Origin: Planctomycetota bacterium
GTDB lineage: Bacteria; Planctomycetota; GCA-002687715; DRQF01
Length of the DNA stretch: 25,378 nucleotides
NCBI GenBank assembly: GCA_027001995.1
Contig: JALTLO010000172.1
Span: forward strand, 8,293 to 33,670
Direction: 5' to 3'
Positions 25,101 through 25,378 of the stretch are shown here, piece by piece. Position numbers and translations under genes: made by a program. The notes under the pieces were generated by a model. The model saw nothing but the letters and a program-made list of their open reading frames with translations, was not told the DNA's origin and did no database searches. Numbering within the stretch: position 1 is the first letter of the stretch; every line of letters starts with the position of its first letter.

Positions 25101-25378
25101 CTATTCGAGGGCAGAGGTGCCGTCACTGTTCATCAAGTATGTTCGGGTACCGCGATAGCGCTGAACGAATTGGCTCAATTGTTTCTTGATGCGCACCCAG
25201 TGCCCGACAGTTGTCGAAGTTGCGGCTTCCCGGCGGAGCCTCTTGACATCAGCCAAAATCTTCTTGGCCTCCAACTCTTCATTCAGCACTTTCTTGATGG
25301 CCTGAAACTCATCTTTCACTTCTTGGCCTTCACCATCGAGCTTGGTGGCTATCTGGTCCATAACTTCCCGGGCGATGT
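25101..25378 (-). CDS. Hypothetical protein, C-terminal fragment (gene begins beyond the window)
   Basis: The frame stays open from the window edge (..IAREVMDQIATKLDGEG...) to TAG at 25101-25103. The sequence is helical and charged, co-oriented with punA-purN, and no family was recognised. Confidence 0.6.
   Translation of the reverse strand, partial: IAREVMDQIATKLDGEGQEVKDEFQAIKKVLNEELEAKKILADVKRLRREAATSTTVGHWVRIKKQLSQFVQRYRGTRTYLMNSDGTSALE

Noticed and set aside
25007..25126. 40-aa N-terminal extension of punA; ZTP or purine riboswitch upstream of punA-purN
   Set aside because: A strong AAGGAGA precedes ATG 25006 and the extension overlaps the upstream gene. The conserved riboswitch cores were not found.
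1..25378. CRISPR arrays, tRNA/rRNA genes, IS elements, PEP-CTERM-tailed proteins
   Set aside because: No regularly spaced repeats, cloverleaf/rRNA-like tracts, transposase motifs or VPEP-TM-basic C-termini were seen by eye. The only sizeable non-coding gaps are three promoter-like regions of about 350-430 bp.

Overview
Gene-dense bacterial window of roughly balanced GC content. The purN/punA style and overall layout would fit a Planctomycetota/PVC-type organism, but taxonomy cannot be established from this sequence. About 18.5 kb on the + strand is a surface-polysaccharide/glycosylation locus in three blocks. (i) rmlA(partial)-rmlD-rmlB plus a polyprenol-phosphate-type GT2. (ii) Wza-like OPX lipoprotein, kinase-less co-polymerase (PCP), ExeA-like AAA ATPase, a BY-kinase homologue, two GT4s of the PEP-CTERM/XrtA-associated type, an O-antigen ligase/Wzy-like protein, an AsnB-like amidotransferase, a third GT4 and a large ArnT/PMT-like GT-C. 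(iii) A priming phosphoglycosyl transferase and an XrtA-type polysaccharide deacetylase. A 1365-aa membrane-anchored TPR protein converges on the locus, followed by a degenerate hemerythrin-like gene, purN, a purine nucleoside phosphorylase and a truncated hypothetical gene. The most striking signal is the BY-kinase homologue: it lacks all three catalytic motifs and contains no tyrosine at all, yet keeps its oligomerisation motif. It also carries a GspB-like N-terminal helix and sits right after an intact ExeA-type ATPase. The cassette looks like an XrtA/PEP-CTERM EPS locus with no exosortase, FemAB, beta-barrel or flippase gene in the window. No rRNA, tRNA, CRISPR array or mobile element was recognised. 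All family assignments come from motif recognition by eye, not database searches.
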